DNA of 64,000 nucleotides from Bacteroidales bacterium (GCA_018401015.1 JAGYLP010000004.1:19307-83306), one strand, 5' to 3'. Shown: positions 1 through 9,867, counted from the first letter of the stretch. Translations and numbers: made by a program. Notes: generated by a model from the letters alone, not told the origin.

Positions 1-2819
1 TCGCATTGGCTCACCAACTCGGTATAACTAGTATCGTTTCCGAGGTCGGTTGCCTGACTAATATCGTTCACTGTACTCCATTTATACCCTTCAGCATCGC
101 TTACCTCGTTCCACGACCAAGTAATGAAATTAAGTCCAATCACACTTGGAAGGGCCAAAGGAGCTGTTGGTGCAAAAATGGGATTGACCCAAAGGTTTTG
201 CGGCATCGATGTGCCAATCGTATTCGAGGGAGCAACCGACATCAATCCCGAACTAGTTCCCGCCACTACGGTAATGGAATAACTTCCTTGTCCGGCCAGT
301 ATCGACCAATCGGAAGGAACGGTCCAGGTGTAAGTTACTCCTGGCTGATTAACAACCTGATAAACGATGCCCGAATCGCCGGCACAAGGGTTCAAGGCTC
401 CCAGAATGGAATCGGGCTGGTTAGGCATAACCACTCCGAGTGAATCCTTAATGCATCGCACCGAAGCACCAGCCGCCCGAAAATCGGTATTGATGCTTGC
501 CAACGAGCTGTTGAGGGTTAACACACGGGCGTTCGTTCCAACCAGATTACTCGTCCAGTAATTTCCAAACATTCCTTCGCCCAACAACCATCCATTGGCA
601 TGATTGCGAAAACCGGCAGGCGAAAGTTTTAAGGAAGAGTTGAATGCTCCGGATAAATCGGGAGTCGTCCAGCCTGATAATTCGTCGGCAAATTCCGCTT
701 CGGATGGGATTCGATAAGCCAACGGACAGGGATTATTATCTCCGTACAAACCTTGCCACAGCATGTTATTTTGCGGATTTCGCCAATCATAAGGGATTGT
801 AGTTGCTAGAATGAAAAAAGCATGTTGCGGTTGATTTGCACTACTCAATTGGCTGATGGTATCGGAATTTCGACATTGATGCCCATCGGCAAAACGCCCC
901 CACTGATACAAATCGCCGAAAGAGAGCGTATCATTCAGTGAAACAGCCGATTGAACAGCTCCTAAGTTGCGATCCATCCAAATTCGTCCGGTATGAGGAC
1001 TGATTACCTCCTGCACCGGAGTAGGCTGAAGGCTATCGCAAAAGATGCTTCCGGCAGGATACGTTGAATTGAAGCAAAGCTCGGTCGAATCGTTGAGTAC
1101 TGTTGGAATCTTAGAAACACCGCAGGCATTATAAGCCCAAACGTAACGAACAAAGCTTGAATCGCAGGCTAAGGCTGATTCGGAATAAACGGTACTCGAC
1201 CCCACATCAAGAGCCAGGGAATCCTGATTGATGTGGTGCCAAAGGTAACCATCGGCTCCGGTTACCGATTGCCAATTCCACAAAATAACACTCGAACCAC
1301 TAAGGTGAGCTAAACTCATGGGAGAATCAGGGAGGGTTGTAACCATCACACTCAAAGTGGCCGGAGGTCCTGTACCGCCGCTATTGCTGGGTGTTACCGA
1401 CAACATTCCTCCATTACTACCGACCACTACCACCACGGAAGCAGTGCCCTGCCCTTCCACAATAATCCAATCGGCCGGGACAGACCAGGTATAGGAAACC
1501 TCACTAAGCGAATCGACCGAATACACCAGGCCTGAATCATTTTCGCAAGGCTGGAGTGGTCCAATGATGGGAGCAGGTTGATTCGGAGGAAGCACAATGA
1601 AAGTATCCTTGATGCAACGAACCGAAAAACCCCCTGAACGCGCATTCTCAGCCAAAGTTGAGGAGGCAGGGTTCATCTCCAAGAAAGTTGACAGACCAAC
1701 CCAGGAATTAGTCGACGACCAGAAAACACCCATCGTATCGACGCTTGATAAGTTGCCACTGGTACCACTGCGCCATCCTCCGGCACTCAGCTTCAACACT
1801 GAATTAAGCGCACCCGAAGCATTCTGATTGCTCCAACTTTGTCGTTCAGCTTGCCATTCGGCGGCAGTAGCTATGCGAAAACCCGTAGGACAGGGATTAT
1901 TGAGGCCCGATGTTCCTTGCCACAAGGAAGTATCGGTCGTTGTGGACCAGTCGAAAGTCGTTGAGCTGGTTATAATAAAGAGATTGTTACCCGGAGTTGA
2001 GCCGGAACTAAGGCTCGTTGTAGAGGATGAGTTTCGGCACTGATGTCCATCGGCGAACCGCCCCCACTGATACAAATCGCCATAGGACAGGCTGTCGTCG
2101 GTGTTTTGTGCTACCTGCTGTGCTCCCAGGTTTCGATCCATCCACACTTTCCCGGTTAAGGGATTCAACACTTCGACCACCGGGGTGATGTAATTTTTAC
2201 AAAACACAGTTCCTCCAGGATAAAGACTAAAACTCGTATCAGTAATTACCAGTATTTCATCGCTATAATCGATTCCGACCTCGTTTATTGCATAAGCCTT
2301 TAGATGATATGTAGTCAAGGCCGCTAAACCAGTGATAGCCACCTGAAAACTACCCAGGCCGCTTCCACTTATTTCGAAAGAATCGGAAATACTTGGATTA
2401 CCGATTGTATTCCAACAAACTCCCCGCTCAAACACAGCCGCTCCCCCATCCTTAATCACTATGGCATTAAGTGTAATCGAATTAATCGAAACCTGCGTTG
2501 GATTATCGATTTGAACTTCGGGATAATAGAGCACATGGCACGTATCGGAATAATCCGTTTCGCAATCGGGAACATTCAAGGCAGCCCGAAGGAAAAGCTC
2601 CTCGGTTGGAAAGAACTGATAGCTGGTGTCGTTAGCTCCTGTAATGGCTTCCCAGTTGACTAAATCGGTCGATTGCTCCCATTGTACCGTACCATAATGA
2701 AAATTACCCGCATGAAAAATCAATGAATCGTTCCCCGGAACTTCAAGCAGTTGACCACTGACCTGGCTTGTACTAATTGCAACGATTAGTGCAAACCAAA
2801 AAAAGACTCTTACTTTCAC
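1..2819 (-). CDS. Secreted multidomain protein. The start is present and the C-terminus is cut by the window edge. It has a signal peptide and repeated Ig-like / Fn3-like / FISUMP (Fibrobacter succinogenes major paralogous, TIGR02145-type) modules.
   Basis: It is absent from the ORF track, consistent with no stop inside the window. The minus-strand frame opens with GTG at 2817-2819, the first start after an in-frame stop at 2901-2903, and gives the signal-like VKVRVFFWFALIVAISTSQVSG. Hand translation shows FISUMP hallmarks twice: (K/R)(V/I)WMDRNLGA, (Y/F)GDLYQWGRFADGHQCRN, NPCP.G(F/Y)RI and (F/A)SVRCIKD. The final D codons are at 1605-1607 and 444-446, a 1161-nt period. Each copy is followed by an Ig-like 'NQP..I.G...PC..DSG.VY.V' module and an Fn3-like module. 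Confidence 0.7.
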   Translation of the reverse strand, partial: MKVRVFFWFALIVAISTSQVSGQLLEVPGNDSLIFHAGNFHYGTVQWEQSTDLVNWEAITGANDTSYQFFPTEELFLRAALNVPDCETDYSDTCHVLYYPEVQIDNPTQVSINSITLNAIVIKDGGAAVFERGVCWNTIGNPSISDSFEISGSGLGSFQVAITGLAALTTYHLKAYAINEVGIDYSDEILVITDTSFSLYPGGTVFCKNYITPVVEVLNPLTGKVWMDRNLGAQQVAQNTDDSLSYGDLYQWGRFADGHQCRNSSSTTSLSSGSTPGNNLFIITSSTTFDWSTTTDTSLWQGTSGLNNPCPTGFRIATAAEWQAERQSWSNQNASGALNSVLKLSAGGWRSGTSGNLSSVDTMGVFWSSTNSWVGLSTFLEMNPASSTLAENARSGGFSVRCIKDTFIVLPPNQPAPIIGPLQPCENDSGLVYSVDSLSEVSYTWSVPADWIIVEGQGTASVVVVVGSNGGMLSVTPSNSGGTGPPATLSVMVTTLPDSPMSLAHLSGSSVILWNWQSVTGADGYLWHHINQDSLALDVGSSTVYSESALACDSSFVRYVWAYNACGVSKIPTVLNDSTELCFNSTYPAGSIFCDSLQPTPVQEVISPHTGRIWMDRNLGAVQSAVSLNDTLSFGDLYQWGRFADGHQCRNSDTISQLSSANQPQHAFFILATTIPYDWRNPQNNMLWQGLYGDNNPCPLAYRIPSEAEFADELSGWTTPDLSGAFNSSLKLSPAGFRNHANGWLLGEGMFGNYWTSNLVGTNARVLTLNSSLASINTDFRAAGASVRCIKDSLGVVMPNQPDSILGALNPCAGDSGIVYQVVNQPGVTYTWTVPSDWSILAGQGSYSITVVAGTSSGLMSVAPSNTIGTSMPQNLWVNPIFAPTAPLALPSVIGLNFITWSWNEVSDAEGYKWSTVNDISQATDLGNDTSYTELVSQC

Positions 2820-3118
2820 CCCTTTACCTGCATTAATGAATAAATCGAAGTAAATACCAGAAACCCTACATTCGAAAGTCGTTCCCCCTAGACTTCCTTT
2901 TTATGGATTACTTCCAAAACGGATTCCAATGCTTGGAAGATAGGTAAAAAGCCGATTCATTGCATGAGAATTCTCCACTTCTCTCGAATTAAAAACAAAC
3001 GCCTACCCGTTCTGAACCGAAAAGAAGTTTTTGGGCTTACGGCTGGGTGCATTTTGCCGAAATAACCTTTTAAACCCTCACTAATCGCCGGGTTAAAAAG
3101 AATCCGAACGATTGAGCA

Positions 3119-5380
3119 TTATTGCCCAAACCGATAATTCAGATTCAACACAAAGTTTCTTCCGGGTGCAAAAATGGGGTAAGTAGCAGCCGCCACCGAA
3201 CGATTCAAATGCTCGTAGTAATTCTCGTCGAGCAGGTTATTTACTCCAAAACGAATCGAGAGTTGATCGGTCCATTGATAGGCCAGGAACAAATCGATGG
3301 TAAAGAAAGCCGGAGTTTGTGTTTCGCCAAAATCGGCAGCAATTCGGTTCTGATTGGCAACGTATCGAAATTGAATCGAAGGAGAGAAACGTTCCGAGAA
3401 GAGGAATGCTTTTACCTGATATCGGATATCGAAAGGGGCAATTTCCGGCAAGGGTTGTTGTGTTTTCAGATCGATGGCATAGGTATAAGCCCATTGAAGC
3501 TGATGCGAGAAGGATGTAGCCAGTTGGTGCGCCACACTTCCTTCCAATCCGGTTTTAAATGCCTTATCGAGGTTAACCACGCTTCGTACACCCGGGCTGG
3601 TGGGTAAACGAGGGCTTAGAGCCGTGTCGATTTGCGAGGAGATATAGTTTTGCAGGTAGGCTGCAAACAAGTCGATTGTGAACGAAAAATTCTCCGTCGT
3701 GAAAGCCAATTGCGCATCGGCCTGGTAGTTTGTTTCCGGCAACACTTCGGGATTTCCGAGCCATTCATAAGGATCTTGGCCCACCGGTAAGTAATGGGCA
3801 TAGCGCTCGGTTAAACTACCACTGCGCTGAGCTCTTCCAAGCCAAAGTCCGGTTTTCCATTGCGAAGTCCAGCTCTTAACTCCACCCAAACTGACGCTCG
3901 GATTAAAATCCTGCACCTTGTGGGTAGGATGAACCAGTAAAAACTCAACGGAAGGATCGAATAATTCACCGGTATTCCATTCCAAACGACTCGAAATGAC
4001 CCAATCGACCGACCAGCGATTTAGCTGGTACTCGAAAAAGGCGGCAGATTTTTGAATCCTACCATCCTGCCAAACCGGATCGATGAAGGTATTTCCGGCC
4101 ATCGGTCCCATCAGAAAATCGCGCACACGGCTGCCGCTAGCGGTTTCGGTTCGAAAATCAATTCCTGTAAAAAGCTGATTACCGGCCCATTGCCAAACAC
4201 CCTCGGAACGGAAACCATAATTTTGTGTATTAGCCTGAGTTGAAGCATTCAAGGTTCGAGGATCGAGCGATTTTAAACCATTATCCATAAGATGATCGAC
4301 CCAAGAAGCATAGAGCGTTGTATTCCACGATTGGAGGTATTTTCCCGATAAAATCCAATCGTGGCGTGTGTGCATCATCCAGGTTTCGTCGTTGCGCAAA
4401 TCCATGCTCAAGGCAGGGAAATCGGCATCTTTGGCTTTGTTATGAGTAGCAGAAAAACGAAGATGATGGGAGGCACTGAGTTTCAGTCCCAGATTACTTC
4501 CAATACTTAAGCGAGAAAAATCGGCGGGAATCAGTTCTCCGTTGCCGGCGCGGTAATCGTCGCCCTCCGACCAGGAACCAAAAACAGCAAAGTCGTACCA
4601 TTTTCCTCGTAAACCCAATTGGGCCTCACCACGAGGCATGTTTCCATTGGATTCGTAGCCCAAATTGACTCTTCCGTAGCTAGCAATTTTGGAAGCAAAT
4701 CGAGGCGATTCCGTTTTGAAATGGATTGTTCCCCCGAATCCGGTTCCAAAACGGAGCGCATGAGGTCCTTTAAGCACATCGATTCGTTCCATCATATTCG
4801 GAGCCATTTGACTGGTAGGCGGATCCATTCGATTCGGACAAGCTGCAGTAGCACTTTGTGCACCATTCAAAACAATATTCAACTGCTCATATTTGAATCC
4901 ACGAAAAACCACATCGAAACCATAATTGCCGCCCTTTCGAATGCTGTTGAAGGAAGGGATGTCGTTTAACACGGCTGCCGCATCGTGCTCCAAGCGATCG
5001 TTTTGCTCCACCTCCTGCGAACAATGCGGAGCATGAACATTCCGCCGGAGGGCCACCACCGTAACCGGATGAATGCTAAATTCCAATTTGCGACGATAGA
5101 ACACGCCGTTTTGCACCACGTATTCGAGTGCTTCGCCAGCGAGCGACCAGTTGCCATAATCCAAACTGCTTAGCTGCAATTCGTCGTTTAATCCATATTG
5201 AAAATAAATCCTTCCATCCGAATCGGAAATACCCTGTTGCTCACCAATTTGGTAAGCTACTCCAATAATTGGAGACTTGTCGGTTTCGTCGAGGATTTGA
5301 ATTTCGGCATGATTGATTTGAGCCCATGCCGACAGGGCTAATACCAGCCACATGGCTGTTGCCAGAAGTTTTGATACCAT
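3119..5380 (-). CDS. TonB-dependent outer-membrane receptor
   Basis: 753 aa with signal peptide MVSKLLATAMWLVLALSAWAQ and a CarboxypepD_reg-like N-terminus. The plug region reads DVLKGPHALRFGTGFGGTI. The terminal barrel strand is ...FVLNLNYRFGQ. The C-terminal NLLDENYYEHLNR weakly recalls OprC/NosA-type (copper) receptors. Confidence 0.9.
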   Translation of the reverse strand: MVSKLLATAMWLVLALSAWAQINHAEIQILDETDKSPIIGVAYQIGEQQGISDSDGRIYFQYGLNDELQLSSLDYGNWSLAGEALEYVVQNGVFYRRKLEFSIHPVTVVALRRNVHAPHCSQEVEQNDRLEHDAAAVLNDIPSFNSIRKGGNYGFDVVFRGFKYEQLNIVLNGAQSATAACPNRMDPPTSQMAPNMMERIDVLKGPHALRFGTGFGGTIHFKTESPRFASKIASYGRVNLGYESNGNMPRGEAQLGLRGKWYDFAVFGSWSEGDDYRAGNGELIPADFSRLSIGSNLGLKLSASHHLRFSATHNKAKDADFPALSMDLRNDETWMMHTRHDWILSGKYLQSWNTTLYASWVDHLMDNGLKSLDPRTLNASTQANTQNYGFRSEGVWQWAGNQLFTGIDFRTETASGSRVRDFLMGPMAGNTFIDPVWQDGRIQKSAAFFEYQLNRWSVDWVISSRLEWNTGELFDPSVEFLLVHPTHKVQDFNPSVSLGGVKSWTSQWKTGLWLGRAQRSGSLTERYAHYLPVGQDPYEWLGNPEVLPETNYQADAQLAFTTENFSFTIDLFAAYLQNYISSQIDTALSPRLPTSPGVRSVVNLDKAFKTGLEGSVAHQLATSFSHQLQWAYTYAIDLKTQQPLPEIAPFDIRYQVKAFLFSERFSPSIQFRYVANQNRIAADFGETQTPAFFTIDLFLAYQWTDQLSIRFGVNNLLDENYYEHLNRSVAAATYPIFAPGRNFVLNLNYRFGQ

Positions 5381-5554
5381 TGTGTTGCCTGTTTAGTTAG
5401 TTAATTAGTCGAAATATAACAGAAAATCGCAAAGGTTGTTTGATCCCGAGTTATGTTTTTTCTAACCTTAATCCATTTCCATTGAATATCCGAACCAAAT
5501 AGTTATTTCCCTATATTTAGGCTGTTAACTCAATTAAACTTTAATCCACTAACT

Positions 5555-6250
5555 ATGAAACAACAAGTACTCCTGGTTGCTTTTCTTTTAAGCAGCCTAA
5601 TCGCTTCGGCTCAAACGAAATCGGAAGAAAAAAGCTCTCTAAATCATGAAATTAGCATCGATGCTACTTATTTTATTAAAAATCTGATCGACTTATCGGC
5701 GAACTATTATTCTGCCGACCCTCACTTCCTTCGGTATAAACTTCATACGCGTGCAGGTTCATTGCGGCTGGGAGGGAGCATAGGGGGGAGCAACAGAAAC
5801 ATCGAGGATTCGACACAAATTCCCCAACTCGCGTCTAATTTCAACACTGAAAGTTCATCGGCTTATGCCTTTTTAGGCTGGGAATTTAAGACTCCCCTTT
5901 CCAAACGATTCATCCTGAATTATGGATTAGACTATCGGTTTGCTCACCAAAAATCCTACAACAAGAGCATGTATGGAAGTATTAGCTCGTCATACTATGG
6001 CGAATGGGAGGAGACCAATACAGATCATGGAGCTGCTGCAGTGCTGGGTATTAAGTTCCTTCTTACACAACGGCTTTTTCTCTACGCCGAAACCAGTTGG
6101 ATTTACATGGTTTCTAACTATAACCGGAATAGGACTTATACTCCTGTCCAGGAAGGGGTTAATGTTCCAGAGGACATTTTAGAATCCTATTCTGAAGTAG
6201 ATTATGGATTTCAGTTACCGGTGAATCTCTACGTCGGATTTAGTTTCTAG
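5555..6250 (+). CDS. Hypothetical outer-membrane beta-barrel protein
   Basis: 231 aa with signal peptide MKQQVLLVAFLLSSLIASAQ and an alternating-hydrophobic strand pattern. The terminal ...NLYVGFSF is typical of OM barrels. No family was recognised. Confidence 0.5.
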   Translation: MKQQVLLVAFLLSSLIASAQTKSEEKSSLNHEISIDATYFIKNLIDLSANYYSADPHFLRYKLHTRAGSLRLGGSIGGSNRNIEDSTQIPQLASNFNTESSSAYAFLGWEFKTPLSKRFILNYGLDYRFAHQKSYNKSMYGSISSSYYGEWEETNTDHGAAAVLGIKFLLTQRLFLYAETSWIYMVSNYNRNRTYTPVQEGVNVPEDILESYSEVDYGFQLPVNLYVGFSF

Positions 6251-6427
6251 CAAGGGGAAATATTCAAAATTCAAGATTTAAAATTCAAGATTTAATTTCG
6301 ATTCAGTGGGATTGAATTTTGAATTTTAAATCTTCCTTCCCACCTAAATCAGAGCGGATACCACCTTCCCTCAAAGCAGCCTGTTTCGGTAAAGTTTTTA
6401 TCTTCGTGCCGCTAAAAAAACTGCTCT

Positions 6428-6922
6428 ATGCTTACAAATCCTTATGTTTTAACCTTACTCGATTTCATTCATCAAATGGCCTCTATTGCCTGGATTGGGG
6501 GAATGGTTTTTAATCTTTTAGCCGTACTACCGGCCGTTCAGCAGTCGCTTGATCCATCGCTTGCCGGCAAATTCATGGGAGCCCTCATGAAACGGGTTCG
6601 GGTTATTGCCTATAGTTCGTTGCTGGCCTTATTCATTACCGGTATTCCTCTAAAAATAGCCAGTGAATACTACGGAGGCATCATCAATTTTGACACAACC
6701 TGGTCCACGGCAAGCTTCGTTAAACACGTATTGGTAGCTATCCTGGCTCTCCTGGCATTTTATTCTTTTGAACGCCTTTCACCTAAAGTAGCCAAAGTAG
6801 CTCAAGCCGGCCCATCGGAAGAACTGGCTCAGCTCCGAAACCTTCAAAAGAAACTTGCTGGTTTATCATTCTTACTTGGCCTAAGCATCGTACTTATTTC
6901 GGTGTATATGAAGTATTTGTAA
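6428..6922 (+). CDS. Small polytopic membrane protein, CopD-like (tentative)
   Basis: 164 aa with about 4 hydrophobic helices. FIHQMASIAWIGGMVF resembles the H..a.W.GG signature of CopD-type membrane domains. Confidence 0.4.
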   Translation: MLTNPYVLTLLDFIHQMASIAWIGGMVFNLLAVLPAVQQSLDPSLAGKFMGALMKRVRVIAYSSLLALFITGIPLKIASEYYGGIINFDTTWSTASFVKHVLVAILALLAFYSFERLSPKVAKVAQAGPSEELAQLRNLQKKLAGLSFLLGLSIVLISVYMKYL

Positions 6923-6938
6923 GGGACAGACCAATTAC

Positions 6939-7454
6939 TTAATCCCGTCCCATCCGAACCAAACCATACCCGATCGGAACAAATACCAGCAACAAAATGA
7001 GGGGAAGTAAGTACACTCCAATATAATCGCTCAAGCCGTGAGCGTTGCGAACCATTTTCCAGGAAATGAGGGCAAAAACCACTACCATGGAAAGATTTAA
7101 GGAGCGTATCATGCGGGTAGCGGTGCTATACTGATGCAAAGCATTTTCAGGTGTTATTCTAACCGGATAATTGAAGGTGTGCGGATAAAAATTCAGAATG
7201 TAAAGCGATGCATATAAAATCGCTGATAGGATAGGCATTAAAAACAACACCACTTTTTTACTGTAACCATTTGGATTCCCAAAAGCATCGAAATGGGTAG
7301 GAATCTCATCGCCTAAATCAGCATAAGTACTAATGGTAAACCAAAAGGTTCCCAAAAGAATCAGCCAACCCGCACCTTCAAGCAAATAATCGAACCAATT
7401 TCGAGCTGGTTGAAGATGTGGCTGTTTTATTCTTTGCTTCGGTCGATTCACCAT
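6939..7454 (-). CDS. DUF1648 (SdpI-like) membrane protein
   Basis: The ORF-track start at 7496 is TTG. ATG at 7454 gives MVNRPKQRIK..., which is like usual DUF1648 N-termini. It has the signature IPTHFDAFGNPNGYSKK followed by several TM helices. Confidence 0.6.
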   Translation of the reverse strand: MVNRPKQRIKQPHLQPARNWFDYLLEGAGWLILLGTFWFTISTYADLGDEIPTHFDAFGNPNGYSKKVVLFLMPILSAILYASLYILNFYPHTFNYPVRITPENALHQYSTATRMIRSLNLSMVVVFALISWKMVRNAHGLSDYIGVYLLPLILLLVFVPIGYGLVRMGRD

Positions 7455-7545
7455 GTTTCGATAGGCTGTATAGAGCCCGTTTATGTTCCTGCTCAAGTAG
7501 GGAAAAATGAAACAGGACCAAATTGAAAATCAATACAACATCAAA

Positions 7546-7791
7546 TTACCGATTGTTAGACAACAATTTCGACTTGCGGGTTCGATAAAGTCGAAACGAA
7601 CCATAGGCAGCGGCCAATAAAACTAATCCCACAACGCCTCCCTCTAACGATGCTCCGCCTCCCTCGTCGGTTTGCTCTACAGTACTTCCTCCCTCGGTTG
7701 GTGGCGGAGGCGGCGGACCAGGCTGAGCCATTGCAAAAGAATGAATAAGGACCAACCCAATGGCAATTAATAGTTGCTTCGTTTTCTTCAT
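7546..7791 (-). CDS. Small secreted Pro/Gly/acidic protein with a C-terminal TM helix and a basic tail
   Basis: ATG at 7791 (the track start at 7800 is TTG). Signal peptide MKKTKQLLIAIGLVLIHSFAMAQ, then PGPPPPPPTEGGSTVEQTDEGGGASLEGG, then VVGLVLLAAAYGSF-RLYRTRKSK. Confidence 0.45.
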   Translation of the reverse strand: MKKTKQLLIAIGLVLIHSFAMAQPGPPPPPPTEGGSTVEQTDEGGGASLEGGVVGLVLLAAAYGSFRLYRTRKSKLLSNNR

Positions 7792-8133
7792 TTCCCCCAA
7801 TAATTAGAATAGTGTTCAAACACAAATTAAAGAGAAAAATCCATGCAAATGTTTTGCTCCCGGGAGATTTTTACACCCCGACAAAAAAAGGTTCAAATAG
7901 ATCAAAACACCGGCAATATCCTGGGAATCGTTCCAATTCGGTGAATTCATTTTCACTTTATGCTGAGAGAAAATTGGGATTCTATTTCTAAAAAAGGCTT
8001 CTCCCAGATGTGAGTAGATTAACCCATGAATCCTACCTATTCAATGGAGGATGAAACGTTGGCAGGGAATAATTATGCCAGCTCAAGTAGGAGCGAAAGT
8101 CAAATCGGAAAGTACCACTGAACGCTTTCTCCT

Positions 8134-9867
8134 CTATACATCCTCCTTCGACGCCAAGGGGTACAACTGCTTGAATGCTTCTTTGGGATTCGTATGAGCA
8201 ACATCCCATACCTGAATTGCACTCAAATCAAATTGTGCAATCACTGGCTCCACGAACAAACGACGAACCGAGAGGATAATCGGTCCGGGATACGACCGAA
8301 GTATTCCCTGCAGGCCTTCACTCCAAGCTTTGCCTTCTACCTCGGCCATTCCTACCTCGTCGACAATAAACACATCGGCCTTTGTTTCGAAATCGGACAA
8401 CAGCTTTTTCCCCACCGATAATCCCTCAGGGTGAAAATAAAAACGCCCAACTGCTTCGCTGCCCTCGATAACTTCGGTTTGTAATAATGGATGTTTGGAA
8501 CCGCTTGCCAAATTAAGCAAATAATAGCCACGGGTTTCCTCGTCTTGCATTGTGCGCAAGGACAAAAATCCAGCAGGTTTTACAGAATGCATTTTACATT
8601 CCTCAACCAGCTCTGCAAGAAAACTTGTTTTACCCTCTGCTTTATCGCCGATTAGCATAAAAATTCGCTGTTGGTGTTGCTGACGGTAAGTATAAAGCAA
8701 TCGATCGGCATGTTCCATTAAAACCTGCACCACTTCGAAGGGCGATTTTAAATAAGTGCGGGCCGACGGGAGAATTTGAAGAACAGACCCAACCGACCGG
8801 AAAGATAATTCGAGAGCCTGATGCAATTGTCGGAACCGCGATTGCTTGAAATAATTGACAATAGTCGGATTGTAGAGCTCTTTCCCGATGGCCGAAAAGC
8901 CGAGAATAATTAAAGCAGCTCGAAAGTTCATTTGAATACCTGCCATCAATCCTCCTTTCCAGCCGCCGCCTCCGGATTGAACCGAACCAAGAATTAAGGC
9001 AGCCAAAAGGGTAATGAGCACGAACCAAATCCAGAATTTTGGTTTGGAAAGCTGGCGCATAGCCGACCGATAATGATGGATCCAATACCAAACGATTAGA
9101 AGTGTAAGCGGAACCCAAACATACCAAGGAGCAAGACTAAAGCTTAGTAATCCGCCAATTAACAAAAAGATGTTCAAGACGAGGCGCACCCGCGAAAATT
9201 CAAACGGACCTCCGTAAGAAGGCAATTGTTCCGTCGTATCGAAGGAAATTGTTCGGAGGGAGCTTCCGGTAAGGCGCTTCCCGGCTCTCATGCCAATGAC
9301 TGCCGCCCAAATCCCACTCAACAAATGAATGACTAACAATACAAATATAGGCAACCACACCAGGTCGGTTGTGATGGCCAATTGTTTTTCGGCCATTTGC
9401 ATCAAATGAGTGTAAATATCGACAATGCCGGCTCCGTAGAAAATGATCAAATTCACCACACGCTGCACCAATACCCACGACATGGCAAGCGCAGCGCCCA
9501 CGAGGTAACCCAAAATATTCTTTCCCAAGATTCGAACGGAAATTTCCAGGAGGAGGGCTTCGGTAAAGATGGCGATCATGGGACCGAAAATAACTGCACT
9601 AGGTGAAGCTGTCTTGAGTATAGCAGTAATCAATCCGGCTCGCCAGAATAATCCATTCTCCTTCCAACGATAGTTCACCGAAATGAGCAGGATAAGTGCA
9701 ATACCGGTTAAGATATTTCCGCTAAATGGAAATTTGACATTGTGTAAAAAACTTCCAATTAAGATTTCGCTGGCTGCCCAGGTTGTTCCCAGCACAGAGG
9801 CCTTTAGCCACTTATCGTTTAAACCTCCTGAGCTATGCTTCACTGATGCAGATTTTTTCGGCAGCAT
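8134..9867 (-). CDS. Fusion protein with an N-terminal polytopic membrane domain and a C-terminal small P-loop NTPase (DUF2478/THEP1-like)
   Basis: 577 aa with multiple hydrophobic helices through about aa 330. The C-terminal ~180 aa carries a Walker A-like GDKAEGKTS and a Walker B FIVDEVG. It overlaps the upstream DUF364 gene by 35 nt. Confidence 0.6.
   Translation of the reverse strand: MLPKKSASVKHSSGGLNDKWLKASVLGTTWAASEILIGSFLHNVKFPFSGNILTGIALILLISVNYRWKENGLFWRAGLITAILKTASPSAVIFGPMIAIFTEALLLEISVRILGKNILGYLVGAALAMSWVLVQRVVNLIIFYGAGIVDIYTHLMQMAEKQLAITTDLVWLPIFVLLVIHLLSGIWAAVIGMRAGKRLTGSSLRTISFDTTEQLPSYGGPFEFSRVRLVLNIFLLIGGLLSFSLAPWYVWVPLTLLIVWYWIHHYRSAMRQLSKPKFWIWFVLITLLAALILGSVQSGGGGWKGGLMAGIQMNFRAALIILGFSAIGKELYNPTIVNYFKQSRFRQLHQALELSFRSVGSVLQILPSARTYLKSPFEVVQVLMEHADRLLYTYRQQHQQRIFMLIGDKAEGKTSFLAELVEECKMHSVKPAGFLSLRTMQDEETRGYYLLNLASGSKHPLLQTEVIEGSEAVGRFYFHPEGLSVGKKLLSDFETKADVFIVDEVGMAEVEGKAWSEGLQGILRSYPGPIILSVRRLFVEPVIAQFDLSAIQVWDVAHTNPKEAFKQLYPLASKEDV

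Noticed and set aside
840-902. In my character-by-character reading, the second FISUMP copy seemed to carry two compensating 1-nt indels. One was a C-run at about 897-901 that is one base shorter than in copy 1. The other was an extra base at about 840. Together they created an in-frame stop at 846-848.
   Set aside because: A closed 657-aa GTG-initiated ORF (846..2819) would have appeared in the supplied ORF track, and it does not. Both anomalies fall exactly on line breaks of the printed sequence. I treat this as a likely reading error on my part. A software translation of 1-2819 on the minus strand would settle it.
3122-5173. Several 60-160-aa ORFs on both strands inside the TonB-dependent receptor gene (for example 3122..3607 on the plus strand and 4619..4969 on the plus strand)
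   Set aside because: They are overlapping or antisense shadows of a full-length receptor ORF and have no independent support.
5381-5554. A riboswitch (for example cobalamin) in the leader of the TonB-dependent receptor
   Set aside because: The leader is only 174 nt and is shared with a divergent gene. It has no B12-box-like GCCACTG or other riboswitch hallmark that I can recognise.
8642-9478. Alternative-frame minus-strand ORFs of 161 and 92 aa within the membrane/NTPase fusion gene
   Set aside because: They are in a different frame from the continuous 577-aa ORF, whose NTPase motifs support the annotated frame.
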